Under the pieces are notes generated by a model. That model ran no database searches, was not told the origin of the DNA, and saw only the letters and a list, made by a program, of their open reading frames with translations. The translations under genes were made by a program, and so were the position numbers. 40,681 bases of DNA from a virus. The stretch's first letter is position 1. Each line of letters opens with the position of its first letter. Location of the stretch: positions 1-40,681 of the IMG/VR virus record IMGVR_UViG_3300019889_000005; one strand, written 5' to 3'. Shown here piece by piece: positions 1 through 9,159 of this stretch.

Positions 1-127
1 CATCCTTAGTAAATGCGGATGCGTTTAAACCATCCAGCAGATCAGCATCTAACCCGGAACCCACACCATCATTGCCGCTATGCCATACGGTATTGCCGTT
101 AACGAATAATTTTGCCGTGTTCCCTGG
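1..127. repeat. Left copy of a perfect 127-bp direct terminal repeat (identical to 40555..40681). This is the assembly-overlap signature of a circular or circularly permuted genome with a unique length of 40,554 bp.
   Basis: Read directly: catccttagtaaatgcggatgcgtttaaacc...ttttgccgtgttccctgg is present at both window ends with no mismatch. Confidence 0.95.
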
Positions 128-2203
128 ATTAGCCACGCTAACGCTATCGCCTCCTAATACCAATTTTTGCAACGCAGTTGCTGATGGGCCAGTTATTTGG
201 AGTATATTATCTGCTGATCCCAACGCTATATACTGAAAAAAAGCGCCTCCGCTGCCTCCCGCGTTCGATATAGTTCTAATATACCCATTCCCGAAACCTA
301 CACCTATGTTGGAAGTACCTAAGGAATTATCGAATAAATAATCTGTTCTGAGATTTCCATTAGGATACATCCTGAGTGGGGTCAGAACACCTGTTTTGTT
401 GAAAAGCAAAACGCTATCACTTGCTGAATAAGAGATATCCCACTTCGCTAATACGTCATATGGAGCGAAGAAATAACCATTGGATTTAGGTTGTGAACCA
501 AATTCAATACCACGGGTGCTTTCAAATGTGGCCCCTTTATATTGGTCATTAATGGCAACGTGGTTAGGGGCGGGAAGTGTAGCATCATAATCAATCATCT
601 TGTCATACACAGCACCGGAGCGGGCATGCAATTGATTCGTATACACACTGTTGTTTGTAGAACTCGCATCTATCGAAATGCCATCAAAATTTCCAGCGTT
701 ATCCTTTGCTTGCCAGGAGAAATCTTTGATATTATTATTCGTAATTACGCAGTTATCACCATTAACTAAGGATATGCCGGTGTTAGCAGGCTGCAGGATG
801 GTATTATTTGATACAGAAACATTCTGGCAGTTTGTAAGCAAAACGCCATTGCCGCGGGTTTTATAACTGCCTCCCAAGAAATAATTATTGCTTACCTGTC
901 CTCCACGTACACCGGTCAGACTCACAAGCCCTCCACGGCCCAGGCTCACATTGTTATCTGTTATCTGCACTGCGCTATCCGCCATTATATCAGCTAACAT
1001 GCAGTTGGGCTGACCATCTAATTGGTTATTCTGTATCCATATCTGAAAAGCATTTTGATCCACGCATTTTACAAACGCTCGGCCTATTGTAGTATCTCCA
1101 GGACTGTGCACCCAATTATTCTGAATCTTAAATCCTCTCTGCTGTCCTGTAGTCGCATCTAAAATAACGATTGGATGTTTTGTTTGACTTATAAGATTGT
1201 TTGAAATATCAGCATTCCGCGCCTTGAAGACCATTGCCGAATCCAGATATACGAACGTACAGTAATTCACTTTTAGATCACCGTTCGCGCCCGCGTCACC
1301 TTCTACACGTATGCCCGAAACCGTTGCTCCCTGTCCCCAACGGCCAGCGCCGGAAGGATCGAGTATAGAAAATGTCCCATTGCCACGGAGGGAGATGCCC
1401 CAAAAACCCACTTCAGGCGCGGTTACCGTGAATAGCGGGAAAGTGCCGCTTGTAGCCTGTATCGTGGTTGAATAGCTTCTAATTTCTCCATCAGAATAAA
1501 TCTTGATACCGGCTTTGTTAACCGTAATAGAACTTGCGATTTTATAGAATTTTCCGTCAGAAAATGATCTATTAGGGAAAAAAATCTTACCGCCTGGCGA
1601 TACGGCTGCGATAGCATCTGTTATTGGCCCCGTATCATCTGTTGTGCCATCCCCTTTTGCCCCGAACCAGCAAACGTTAAGACCTACGAATTCATCGAAT
1701 GCTCTCCACCAAATCCTACCACCAGCTCCCGTGAATACAGTGCCAGCATTATCTGTACCAGTTGCGCGCTTGAAAAATAAACCTCCTCTGAGCTGGTCTG
1801 TGACGAGCAATATCTTAGCCTTCCCTGTATATGCTTGCAAGGCCGATATATCGAAGACCGTGTCTATTGGAAAATTCTGTTTGGTCACGGTGCTGTCCCA
1901 ATACGAAGAAAGGTCTGTAGTACCAGCGCCGAGTTCAAACCAGCTTAGCACGCCGCCTAAATTTCTGTACCCCCAAAATTTACCATGCATGTATGCAATT
2001 CTGCCTGAATCACCCACCGGCGATCCTTGGTAAGTTGCAAGATTTGTGGCTCCTGTATCCCGTGGCGCTCCAAGAACACTATCAGCCATTAACCGATTCT
2101 GCTTCACGTTATTTGCCGATTTGCTGTATATACCTTGCCCATAAGTAGGGCCGCATAATGTCAGCAAAATGCCAGTAAGTATAAGGATTAGTATGTATCT
2201 CAT
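1..2203 (-). CDS. Tailspike / polysaccharide-depolymerase-like protein, N-terminal 734 codons. The ORF leaves the window at position 1 and continues in frame at 40554.
   Basis: I checked every minus-strand codon (plus-strand triplets starting at 2, 5, 8...) and found no stop between position 1 and 2236. There is an ATG at 2203 and an alternative ATG at 2212, 2 nt after the upstream stop. The ORF track omits it because it has no in-window stop. The N-terminus MRYILILILTGILLTLCGPTYGQG looks like a signal peptide. WFGAKGDGTTDD (about 1634..1669) is the hallmark N-terminal motif of pectate-lyase-fold proteins. Recurrent NNx(I/V/L) beta-helix repeats span about 540..1250. The tail-fibre motif VWHSGNDGVGSGLDADLLDG lies at 29..88. 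Confidence 0.85.
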   Translation of the reverse strand, partial: MRYILILILTGILLTLCGPTYGQGIYSKSANNVKQNRLMADSVLGAPRDTGATNLATYQGSPVGDSGRIAYMHGKFWGYRNLGGVLSWFELGAGTTDLSSYWDSTVTKQNFPIDTVFDISALQAYTGKAKILLVTDQLRGGLFFKRATGTDNAGTVFTGAGGRIWWRAFDEFVGLNVCWFGAKGDGTTDDTGPITDAIAAVSPGGKIFFPNRSFSDGKFYKIASSITVNKAGIKIYSDGEIRSYSTTIQATSGTFPLFTVTAPEVGFWGISLRGNGTFSILDPSGAGRWGQGATVSGIRVEGDAGANGDLKVNYCTFVYLDSAMVFKARNADISNNLISQTKHPIVILDATTGQQRGFKIQNNWVHSPGDTTIGRAFVKCVDQNAFQIWIQNNQLDGQPNCMLADIMADSAVQITDNNVSLGRGGLVSLTGVRGGQVSNNYFLGGSYKTRGNGVLLTNCQNVSVSNNTILQPANTGISLVNGDNCVITNNNIKDFSWQAKDNAGNFDGISIDASSTNNSVYTNQLHARSGAVYDKMIDYDATLPAPNHVAINDQYKGATFESTRGIEFGSQPKSNGYFFAPYDVLAKWDISYSASDSVLLFNKTGVLTPLRMYPNGNLRTDYLFDNSLGTSNIGVGFGNGYIRTISNAGGSGGAFFQYIALGSADNILQITGPSATALQKLVLGGDSVSVANPGNTAKLFVNGNTVWHSGNDGVGSGLDADLLDGLNASAFTKD

Positions 2204-2214
2204 GTTCTCCATAG

Positions 2215-3528
2215 TTATATGTGATATAATGCCGGTTCACCAACATTTTCAGGTCTTGCTTCTATGCCACCATCAGGCAGCATTTGAAAGGCATTTAGTA
2301 GATTCGGTTGTTCGTTTGACGGATCATCATCAAAACCTGTTACAGTCCCGTGCGTGTCCCTTTTCAAAAGATGCTTATAATCCCCATTATCGTGGACGTG
2401 TGCTTTATTTTGATTGATTTGAGTTGATCCAACAATATTGCCTGCACTTCCCCTATCAGTATCTTTTCCTGCTCCCAGATCAAGAAACCGTGGAAACCAG
2501 CCTCCTTTTTGCGGAACTATTATTTCCGTGGCTCCTCTTGCCCATTTGGTTTTGTTTGTGGCCCAGGCAGCTATTGATACGACTGATCCTGGTAGAGCTG
2601 CTTCCAAGCGCGTCAGAAACCGATCTACGCGCGGATATTCTGCAATCTGCAATGTCTGACCATTAGCTGATATAAGATTCGGCCCGGGTATACCGCCCAT
2701 CACTAACAAACCCACTTGTTTCCAATCGGGGGAGATAGAATGCACGTACCACCGTGTGCCAAATCGCACTAAATAGGCCCATTCAGACTCTCCAAGTACG
2801 AATGACGCTACTATACCATTCTGCACAATATCCTGCCCTACAGGAGCTAGAATCGTGGTCTGCTTCTGTATTCCACTGGCTGTAAGTAGTCCGCATAAAA
2901 CTCCTTCAGGATATTCATCATCCAATGTTATACTGACAACCGCGGTAGCGCCCTGGATAAATACGAGCCTTCTTTGTGCTGAAACCCCCAGCACAGTGGT
3001 GGCGCTGACCAGATAAATACCTGATGCGTCGAAGAATCTTGCTACTGCATCCGGCGTGGATATTACAGAAGATATCTGAGGTTTAAACGATACGGTTATC
3101 ATTTGCTCATTCTCAAATATCCGCCCATCCGTATATCTGAATCCGCCACCCGGTATATCATTCTGCCATTCTGCACCTTTCTCCAGATACTCCACACCAC
3201 GCAGATGCACAGAATAGTCCAGCTCATTCAAATAGGGATCAACCAGTATAGTTGGATTGCCGCCCACGTCCAGCTCTATGCTAGAACCTACCGGCATCGC
3301 GCCACCAACATGGTAAACTCTGTCGGGCCTGTTAATGCCCGAACCGATTTGAGCCGCTATAACATCTCCTATTTGATCCAGGCTCAAACCATACGCCAGA
3401 AGGTTATCAGCGGGATCAGGCAACTGTGTTGGCCCGAACGCCCCCTTCCACGTACCATCTGGTGTTAGGTGTGGTGGCAATTCTTGTAGCGCCACAAGCG
3501 TTACTTCATCTACGTCTGGCTTAGGCAT
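2215..3528 (-). CDS. Tail fibre / receptor-binding protein with a C-terminal phage-tail-collar-like domain
   Basis: The C-terminal segment reads ISANGQTLQIAEYPRV...VPQKGGWFPRFLDLGAG...GSTQINQNKAHVHD...GGIEARPENV...YHI. This follows the tail-collar pattern (CDG-x-l-s-x-Y-P-L, LPDLRGRF, G-s-x-x-x-x-x-H-x-H, E-x-RP-x-N). The gene sits in the distal tail module. Confidence 0.7.
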   Translation of the reverse strand: MPKPDVDEVTLVALQELPPHLTPDGTWKGAFGPTQLPDPADNLLAYGLSLDQIGDVIAAQIGSGINRPDRVYHVGGAMPVGSSIELDVGGNPTILVDPYLNELDYSVHLRGVEYLEKGAEWQNDIPGGGFRYTDGRIFENEQMITVSFKPQISSVISTPDAVARFFDASGIYLVSATTVLGVSAQRRLVFIQGATAVVSITLDDEYPEGVLCGLLTASGIQKQTTILAPVGQDIVQNGIVASFVLGESEWAYLVRFGTRWYVHSISPDWKQVGLLVMGGIPGPNLISANGQTLQIAEYPRVDRFLTRLEAALPGSVVSIAAWATNKTKWARGATEIIVPQKGGWFPRFLDLGAGKDTDRGSAGNIVGSTQINQNKAHVHDNGDYKHLLKRDTHGTVTGFDDDPSNEQPNLLNAFQMLPDGGIEARPENVGEPALYHI

Positions 3529-4297
3529 ATCCTGGTGAAATTAAATTGTCATTAACTTGGTCATTACTGATGCCTTCATCATCTTCTCCTGTCCATAGGC
3601 CAAGGCTCGGCGCCGCTTCAGCGAATATAACTGTTGGTATGAAAGGCGCATTCCATTCGCTGAGCAGATTGAAATCACAACCAGTTATACCAATAGTGAT
3701 CGTATAATAATCATTGCCTAGATAGTTATTGTACTGGCTGATTACATCATCCGCATTTAATGCAATACCGATGAACGCACCAATAGTATCCGTATTACCA
3801 TTATACCAGAACAGGGAAACAGGATATGGATTAGGGCAGCCTACGAGCCTTATCCTGTTTTCATCTGCCAGATATACGGTAGATACCGTAGGTAATAGCT
3901 CTCTCGTTTTAGGCCCACAACCGATAGCTGAGGATTCAAATGAGAAGTCGCCTCTTACCGGGCTGGCCCAGGCAAGATTTGTTAAGATCACCGTACCTCC
4001 GTGAACCACTCCTCCGTTATCCTTGTCTCTTCCGCGCCAATCTAAACGCACTCCGCTATTAAAGGCATCCTCCAGGTCTATAAAACTGTACCCATCGATG
4101 TAGCTGACTACCCCTGAAACCGTTATCGTATAGCCTTTATAGGCAGGAATGTAATCTCTATCTTTGCCTTGCGGCCCGGAACGCTCTTTAACATCCCGCT
4201 GCATCTGTATTGTGAAGTCAGTAGCATAGCAGACGGGCACCGGTTGGCCGTTCTTCATGAAAGCTAAAATAAAGTGTCTGCCCTGTATAACTTGCAT
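3521..4297 (-). CDS. Distal tail / baseplate protein with a tail-tube-like N-terminal domain (putative)
   Basis: 258-aa ORF downstream of the tape measure. The N-terminal 130 aa show the same strand pattern as the tube protein at 9160..9615 (see findings). Confidence 0.45.
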   Translation of the reverse strand: MQVIQGRHFILAFMKNGQPVPVCYATDFTIQMQRDVKERSGPQGKDRDYIPAYKGYTITVSGVVSYIDGYSFIDLEDAFNSGVRLDWRGRDKDNGGVVHGGTVILTNLAWASPVRGDFSFESSAIGCGPKTRELLPTVSTVYLADENRIRLVGCPNPYPVSLFWYNGNTDTIGAFIGIALNADDVISQYNNYLGNDYYTITIGITGCDFNLLSEWNAPFIPTVIFAEAAPSLGLWTGEDDEGISNDQVNDNLISPGYA

Positions 4298-4307
4298 GCT
4301 GATAAAG

Positions 4308-6251
4308 TTAATCTTTTTCTTCGTCTATGTCGAATTCTTCGTAATTCACAATTGCCGCGCCTTCTTCCAAAACCTCTGCTGCAAGTGTTTTTATCTCACA
4401 TTGCTGATGGTCGACTGTTCTTGTTAGTTGCATAAACCGCCTCCCCGGTAAATGTAAAAATTCAAGTAAATTGAAGTAAGAAAGGCTATTGCTATAAATG
4501 GTGCCTTCAAAGGTATAAGGGGATTTTCTATATTGATCTATCACGGCTTTTGCCATGTGCTGTTCAATATCGCCCGGCTCAACTGCGGTTTTAGCGCTAT
4601 CCCAATCATCCACAGGCAGTAGGCTTGCACCTGTAAAAATAGTATTACTCAATCCATTCTCTCCAGTATCTATAAATGTGAATTCTTCCGAATCTTTTAC
4701 CTGTGAAAAATCCGCCCCGTTCTTTATAATAAGTCTTCTTCCTATCGCAGACGCGGTAATCCCTCCTATTTTTATTCTACCGATCTTTATGTACGCTGGC
4801 CCTGGCCCATCGTCGGTTGTTTCTTCTCTGGGCTGAAATATTGATAATTCCACATCTGCAACACTCGGTACTGTACTGCCGTCAGGGAAAGAAGTCGGTA
4901 GTGGGAAAGACTTAAAAGTGAACGACCCTTTTGTTTTTTTGCCTGCTTTCGCTATGCCTAGCGTGGCCGTTTCTCCTCCATCAAATATCCATGCCCCGCT
5001 GCTATCCAGTACAAATCTCTGATCTGGCGTTAACACGTTCCCTGCCCTGACAAAAAGCGCAAAAGATTTACAGTTAAAAATCTCATACTGGAATGATATT
5101 TCGAATATGCCACCAGCACCGGTAATGCTGCTAACAATCTGCTGTAGGTATTTTAATCCACTCGGCGGTTGATCAAATGGTATGTACAACATGTACGGGT
5201 CAGCAATAGTGCCTGTTCCTGTTCTACTCACGACAATTCCTATACCGGTGGGCAATGCATCTTTACGTACCCAATTGGCGAAATCAGTACCATCAAATAT
5301 AGACCAATCGAAATTAGATAACAGATTTATGCCTTTATATGTTACTTCATACTCAGCTTCTTTTATGGCAGGCTGAACACTCACTTCACCGTCCATCCCG
5401 ACAGGTTCACCATCGTAAGCGGAAGACGGCCCTATTGTTCTGATCATATCCGGCATAGGCACATCATTAACAACGGTGCTGCTTATATACTGCTCCACGG
5501 TGAAGGTAGGAAAAGTTAAATCCTGGGAGCGTATGAACCATATCTGGTTGTGTTCTATAAATATTCTGGCGTATAACGCTTTGGCAAACATAAATAGCAC
5601 ATCGCGTACTTTCTGTGCTCCCGTCACAAAATCATACACGATATCGGTGTGTATGAAACAGCCAAAAAGCAATTTCACTCCAGTAGCTATATTAGTAGGA
5701 TAAAGGGAATTCAGCACATTTATTTTTGTATCCGCATCTACTATCAGCAGCAAAGCTCTTGTCATTATCGCTTCATACCAACTGATTTTATCGTACTTCA
5801 ATAATTGATCGTCACCATACACATTGAATAGTACGGATTTGGCATAGGACAGGCCATCTACTGCTTTCAATTGCACATCAAAAGGGGCGGCCAGATACGG
5901 ATAGGAGCTAAAATCGGGCTTAAGATAGTATACGTTATCAAGCACGCCGTCTTTCCTTATTTCCACTCTGAATCTACGTTCATTGGTATCAAAGAATAAT
6001 ACTGGTAACGGCTCATTTGGATCGCCTGTATATAGATAGCTTATCGTTATTTCGCTGCCTATTATAGCGGCATCTTTAGATTCATTCTCAGTAACAATTG
6101 TAGTAATTAATGGCGTTCCGGATGCTTGCAGTTGTATCGGATTGGTCGGCGTTCCTCCTTCACTATCCATTATATCTATCCTGTACATGATGGGATTCAC
6201 ATAATGAGAGTCTTCAAACTCTATAAAAAATCTATTGAAGTAGGTTGCCAT
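4308..6251 (-). CDS. Distal tail / tail-tip structural protein (putative)
   Basis: 647-aa ORF starting 1 nt after the tape-measure stop. The call is position-based only. Confidence 0.45.
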   Translation of the reverse strand: MATYFNRFFIEFEDSHYVNPIMYRIDIMDSEGGTPTNPIQLQASGTPLITTIVTENESKDAAIIGSEITISYLYTGDPNEPLPVLFFDTNERRFRVEIRKDGVLDNVYYLKPDFSSYPYLAAPFDVQLKAVDGLSYAKSVLFNVYGDDQLLKYDKISWYEAIMTRALLLIVDADTKINVLNSLYPTNIATGVKLLFGCFIHTDIVYDFVTGAQKVRDVLFMFAKALYARIFIEHNQIWFIRSQDLTFPTFTVEQYISSTVVNDVPMPDMIRTIGPSSAYDGEPVGMDGEVSVQPAIKEAEYEVTYKGINLLSNFDWSIFDGTDFANWVRKDALPTGIGIVVSRTGTGTIADPYMLYIPFDQPPSGLKYLQQIVSSITGAGGIFEISFQYEIFNCKSFALFVRAGNVLTPDQRFVLDSSGAWIFDGGETATLGIAKAGKKTKGSFTFKSFPLPTSFPDGSTVPSVADVELSIFQPREETTDDGPGPAYIKIGRIKIGGITASAIGRRLIIKNGADFSQVKDSEEFTFIDTGENGLSNTIFTGASLLPVDDWDSAKTAVEPGDIEQHMAKAVIDQYRKSPYTFEGTIYSNSLSYFNLLEFLHLPGRRFMQLTRTVDHQQCEIKTLAAEVLEEGAAIVNYEEFDIDEEKD

Positions 6252-8405
6252 TTAACCATTTATTCGTTGTAAATTATATCCAGCCCTCCGCAATAAAATA
6301 ACCAGATTAGTACCAGATATGCGTGTTTCAGCAATTGCGTCTCCTCCATTTCCTATACCAGCATCGCGGGCAATTTTCTGTAGTTGCAAATCGCTTAACA
6401 CGTGTTCCTTTTGTGTAGTATTGTCACCAATAGCCATAAGCTGTGGGCCGAACGCTGTACCGCCGCCAGCAAATGAATTTGATCCGCCTGCTACAAAGGC
6501 TCTGAAGGCGCTGGCGGCTAATACGAGAGCAGAACCAGCAAGTATTGCCGGAACACCTTGGAAGCTCTCTAATGAAGCCTTAAACGCTTCTAATGCTATA
6601 CCTTCCGCGATAAGTATAGTACCCATCTGTGAAAGGAAGCTGGCTATGCTGTTTGCGAAAGCCGCAAATACGCCTTGTATATTCCCGCTGCCTAAGGCTT
6701 CCCCGATTGCGCCAGCTATATTGCCTATGCCGTCAGCAACGGCGCTATTCAAGGTAGCATTAAGAGTCTTACGCAAATTATTACTTGCATCTACTGCTTC
6801 ACCGGATATGAAGTTTATGCCTTCCCGCAATTTAGCAGCGGCATCCGCCGCCCCTTTCAATATCTCTGCTCTATCCACAGTTATCGGCAAGCGTATAACA
6901 AGGCGCTCGTTCTGCAGGCCCGTTGGATCAGTTATTTGTTTCTTATCAAACTGAAATATTTGCCTAGTGTCAAATAGGCGTTTGCCCAACTTATCTCTAC
7001 TGGTAATATCCGTCAGGCTTGCAGCAAGAGTATTTATCTGAGCTGTGATGGCCTTTATCTCTGCACTTGTCGGCGATAAACCGAGCTTCACTAAATCCCC
7101 AAATGCTTTATTCAGCGCAGTTATTTTCTGTTCATTGACGGATTCAAAACTGAAATCAGTTACTTTAAACGTGGCATTTATCGCTTTCAGTTCCTTATCG
7201 AGATCACCGAGCACATCGGATATTGTCTTACCGGCGGTTGCTTTATCCGGCGTATTTATTCCTCCTAATGCCTCTGCCAATGCGTCCGTAAAGCCTCTCA
7301 ACCTATTTTTTAATTCGTCTAAAGGCGCGATCTTGGAAATAGCTTGCAACTGTAACGCACCTACATTCCCTATATCTGCGGCTGTCTTCTTGCCTCCTTT
7401 AACTATTATGCTGTCGAGCCGGGTAAATGCTCCTTGCAGTTGAACTGCCGCCGTACCAGTATCTTTAGCTTGATCTTGTACAAACTGCGCAAAAGGATTC
7501 TGATCCTGCGCCAATTGCTTCAAGCCCTTACCTATAATCGGTGCCTGTTTCGCAATAGCTTCCGCTGTCTTGGTTATTTGTTCCTGCAGTCCTTTTATCG
7601 TTGCTGTGCGAATTAAGGAATCCGCATAATTATCTACCGCAACTTTTATCTGTTCATAGGAAGACTTTTCTACCGATAGTCCTCTGAAATAATCCTTATC
7701 AATCCTCTGCAGCTCATTCAGTGCGGCTTTTCTCTCCTGGTAACTTTTATTAGTATCAGTTACCGCCGCACCTAAATTTCTAATGGCCTGCACTTGTCCC
7801 AATGCCGCAGCTTCACTTTCAAGTAGTGTTTGCGCGAGAGATTTGTTATCCTCTTTTGCCTTTTTTGCTGCGGATGCTTGCGCCTGTTGTCTTTGAGCAA
7901 GGAAGGTTAATCCGGTGGTTAAAAGAGATACAGCCAGCACGATGCCACCAGCTCCCAAGAATGATGCAGACATGGCCTGGACTGCTCCTTTCAAGGAACC
8001 TGTTTGAGCCACCAAAAATTGCATCTGCTCCGCTAACTGAGTAATATTATTGCCGATGCCGATTATGCCAAAAGGAGCATCTTGCACTATGCGAGAAAAA
8101 CTGGTTAATCCGGCAGCACCAGAATTGGATTGCTTCTGGAAATTCTGTATGATCTTGCCTGTCTTATCGACGGAATTGGAATAAGCAACAAACCGGGCTT
8201 GCCCAATCTTCAGATCATCTGCCAGCGTTTTTATATTTCCGTGTAGGCTGTTAATGAAATTACCGGTTCCTGCAATCTGTTTACTGGCTTTTACAATGCC
8301 GTTGGCAGCATTCGTGGCGGAAGTCTCAGCGTCCTTCATAGCACGTTCAAACTGTGCTACGTCTCCCTCTAATAAGAACCTTAGACCCTCCTCTGTTGCC
8401 GCCAT
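6252..8405 (-). CDS. Tape measure protein
   Basis: 717 aa, rich in Ala/Gln/Gly/Lys and mostly helical-looking, with Gly/Ala-rich hydrophobic segments. It lies immediately downstream of the frameshifted chaperone pair. Confidence 0.8.
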   Translation of the reverse strand: MAATEEGLRFLLEGDVAQFERAMKDAETSATNAANGIVKASKQIAGTGNFINSLHGNIKTLADDLKIGQARFVAYSNSVDKTGKIIQNFQKQSNSGAAGLTSFSRIVQDAPFGIIGIGNNITQLAEQMQFLVAQTGSLKGAVQAMSASFLGAGGIVLAVSLLTTGLTFLAQRQQAQASAAKKAKEDNKSLAQTLLESEAAALGQVQAIRNLGAAVTDTNKSYQERKAALNELQRIDKDYFRGLSVEKSSYEQIKVAVDNYADSLIRTATIKGLQEQITKTAEAIAKQAPIIGKGLKQLAQDQNPFAQFVQDQAKDTGTAAVQLQGAFTRLDSIIVKGGKKTAADIGNVGALQLQAISKIAPLDELKNRLRGFTDALAEALGGINTPDKATAGKTISDVLGDLDKELKAINATFKVTDFSFESVNEQKITALNKAFGDLVKLGLSPTSAEIKAITAQINTLAASLTDITSRDKLGKRLFDTRQIFQFDKKQITDPTGLQNERLVIRLPITVDRAEILKGAADAAAKLREGINFISGEAVDASNNLRKTLNATLNSAVADGIGNIAGAIGEALGSGNIQGVFAAFANSIASFLSQMGTILIAEGIALEAFKASLESFQGVPAILAGSALVLAASAFRAFVAGGSNSFAGGGTAFGPQLMAIGDNTTQKEHVLSDLQLQKIARDAGIGNGGDAIAETRISGTNLVILLRRAGYNLQRING

Positions 8406-8406
8406 G

Positions 8407-8706
8407 TTATTTCTTTTTTGCTCTATCTTTTCTATAAAAATACCGTTCAGCTATCTGTTCGATCTGTTCGGCACTCAATTTATCTTCAGGTTTGATCTTG
8501 GCAGGTTTCACATCATCCGTGATCAGCTCGAACAAATCTATCTCTCTCACACTCTTTGCACCAGCGGCCAGGAGCGTGAAACAGGCCAGTTTACGGATAC
8601 CAGACATATGCCGGGCATTACGTATTATATAGCCTTGCGCTGTACGCTGCCAATCGACCCAAGCCATGTCTAAAAACTGATCTGGTAAAAGCCCTACCTC
8701 GCCCAC
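8407..8706 (-). CDS. Tail assembly chaperone, -1 frame extension (T part of a G/GT-like pair)
   Basis: The frame is open back to the slippery site at 8736..8742 (GTA ACC TGG GAC ACT ATT AAG GAT TTT GCC GTG...). Its only own start is a GTG. Confidence 0.7.
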   Translation of the reverse strand: MGEVGLLPDQFLDMAWVDWQRTAQGYIIRNARHMSGIRKLACFTLLAAGAKSVREIDLFELITDDVKPAKIKPEDKLSAEQIEQIAERYFYRKDRAKKK

Positions 8707-8732
8707 GGCAAAATCCTTAATAGTGTCCCAGG

Positions 8733-9158
8733 TTACTTTTTTTTTAACCCGTCCTCGACAACAGGTTCAACCGGATATGCCCCTGGTTCTTCAGCTTGCC
8801 CTGACTCCTGATCAGCCTTCTTCTCCGGCATTTTGATGAGTATTCTATCCTCCTGGCTTTTAAAGAATAGTTTAAGCGCTGGTACCATTGCGGCATCTTC
8901 CATGTCCTCCATCCACAGGGCCACATCGTTTATGGTGAAGTTAATAGGGGCGCGTCTAACACGGAGATCGCCAACAAGCCCACAATAGATAATATCTACA
9001 GCCGTATTAAGATAGCTCTCTTTCCAGGACTCGGACAGCTTAACTATAGCATCCATCGGATCAGTACCGTATAACATACCTAGAGCTTCCCTGCACCAAT
9101 TGTTAAAACGCAGTGAGCGAAGTTCCCCACCAACGTGCATTTCTGTTACGTAGCTCAT
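8733..9158 (-). CDS. Tail assembly chaperone (G-like)
   Basis: 141-aa acidic protein between the tail tube and the tape measure. It ends ...GGG TTA AAA AAA AAG TAA. Confidence 0.7.
   Translation of the reverse strand: MSYVTEMHVGGELRSLRFNNWCREALGMLYGTDPMDAIVKLSESWKESYLNTAVDIIYCGLVGDLRVRRAPINFTINDVALWMEDMEDAAMVPALKLFFKSQEDRILIKMPEKKADQESGQAEEPGAYPVEPVVEDGLKKK
8736..8742 (-). promoter_or_regulatory. Programmed -1 ribosomal frameshift slippery heptamer A_AAA_AAG
   Basis: The minus strand reads TTA AAA AAA AAG TAA. A -1 slip on A AAA AAG continues into ORF 8407..8706 without a stop (8736 minus 8706 is 30 nt, so the two are in frame). Confidence 0.7.
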
Positions 9159-9159
9159 A

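Noticed and set aside
542-2033. Plus-strand ORFs 542..769, 651..866 and 1644..2033, and minus-strand ORF 1423..1617
   Set aside because: All lie inside the long open minus-strand tailspike frame, which I verified codon by codon. They are shadow ORFs.
6319-8673. Plus-strand ORFs antisense to the tape measure and chaperone genes (6319..6954, 7045..7443, 8254..8673 and others)
   Set aside because: They are Ala/Ser/Pro-rich antisense shadows of an Ala/Gly/Gln-rich gene, with no independent signals. The same reasoning applies to 33004..33348, 33699..34127, 29522..29869 and 12475..12915.
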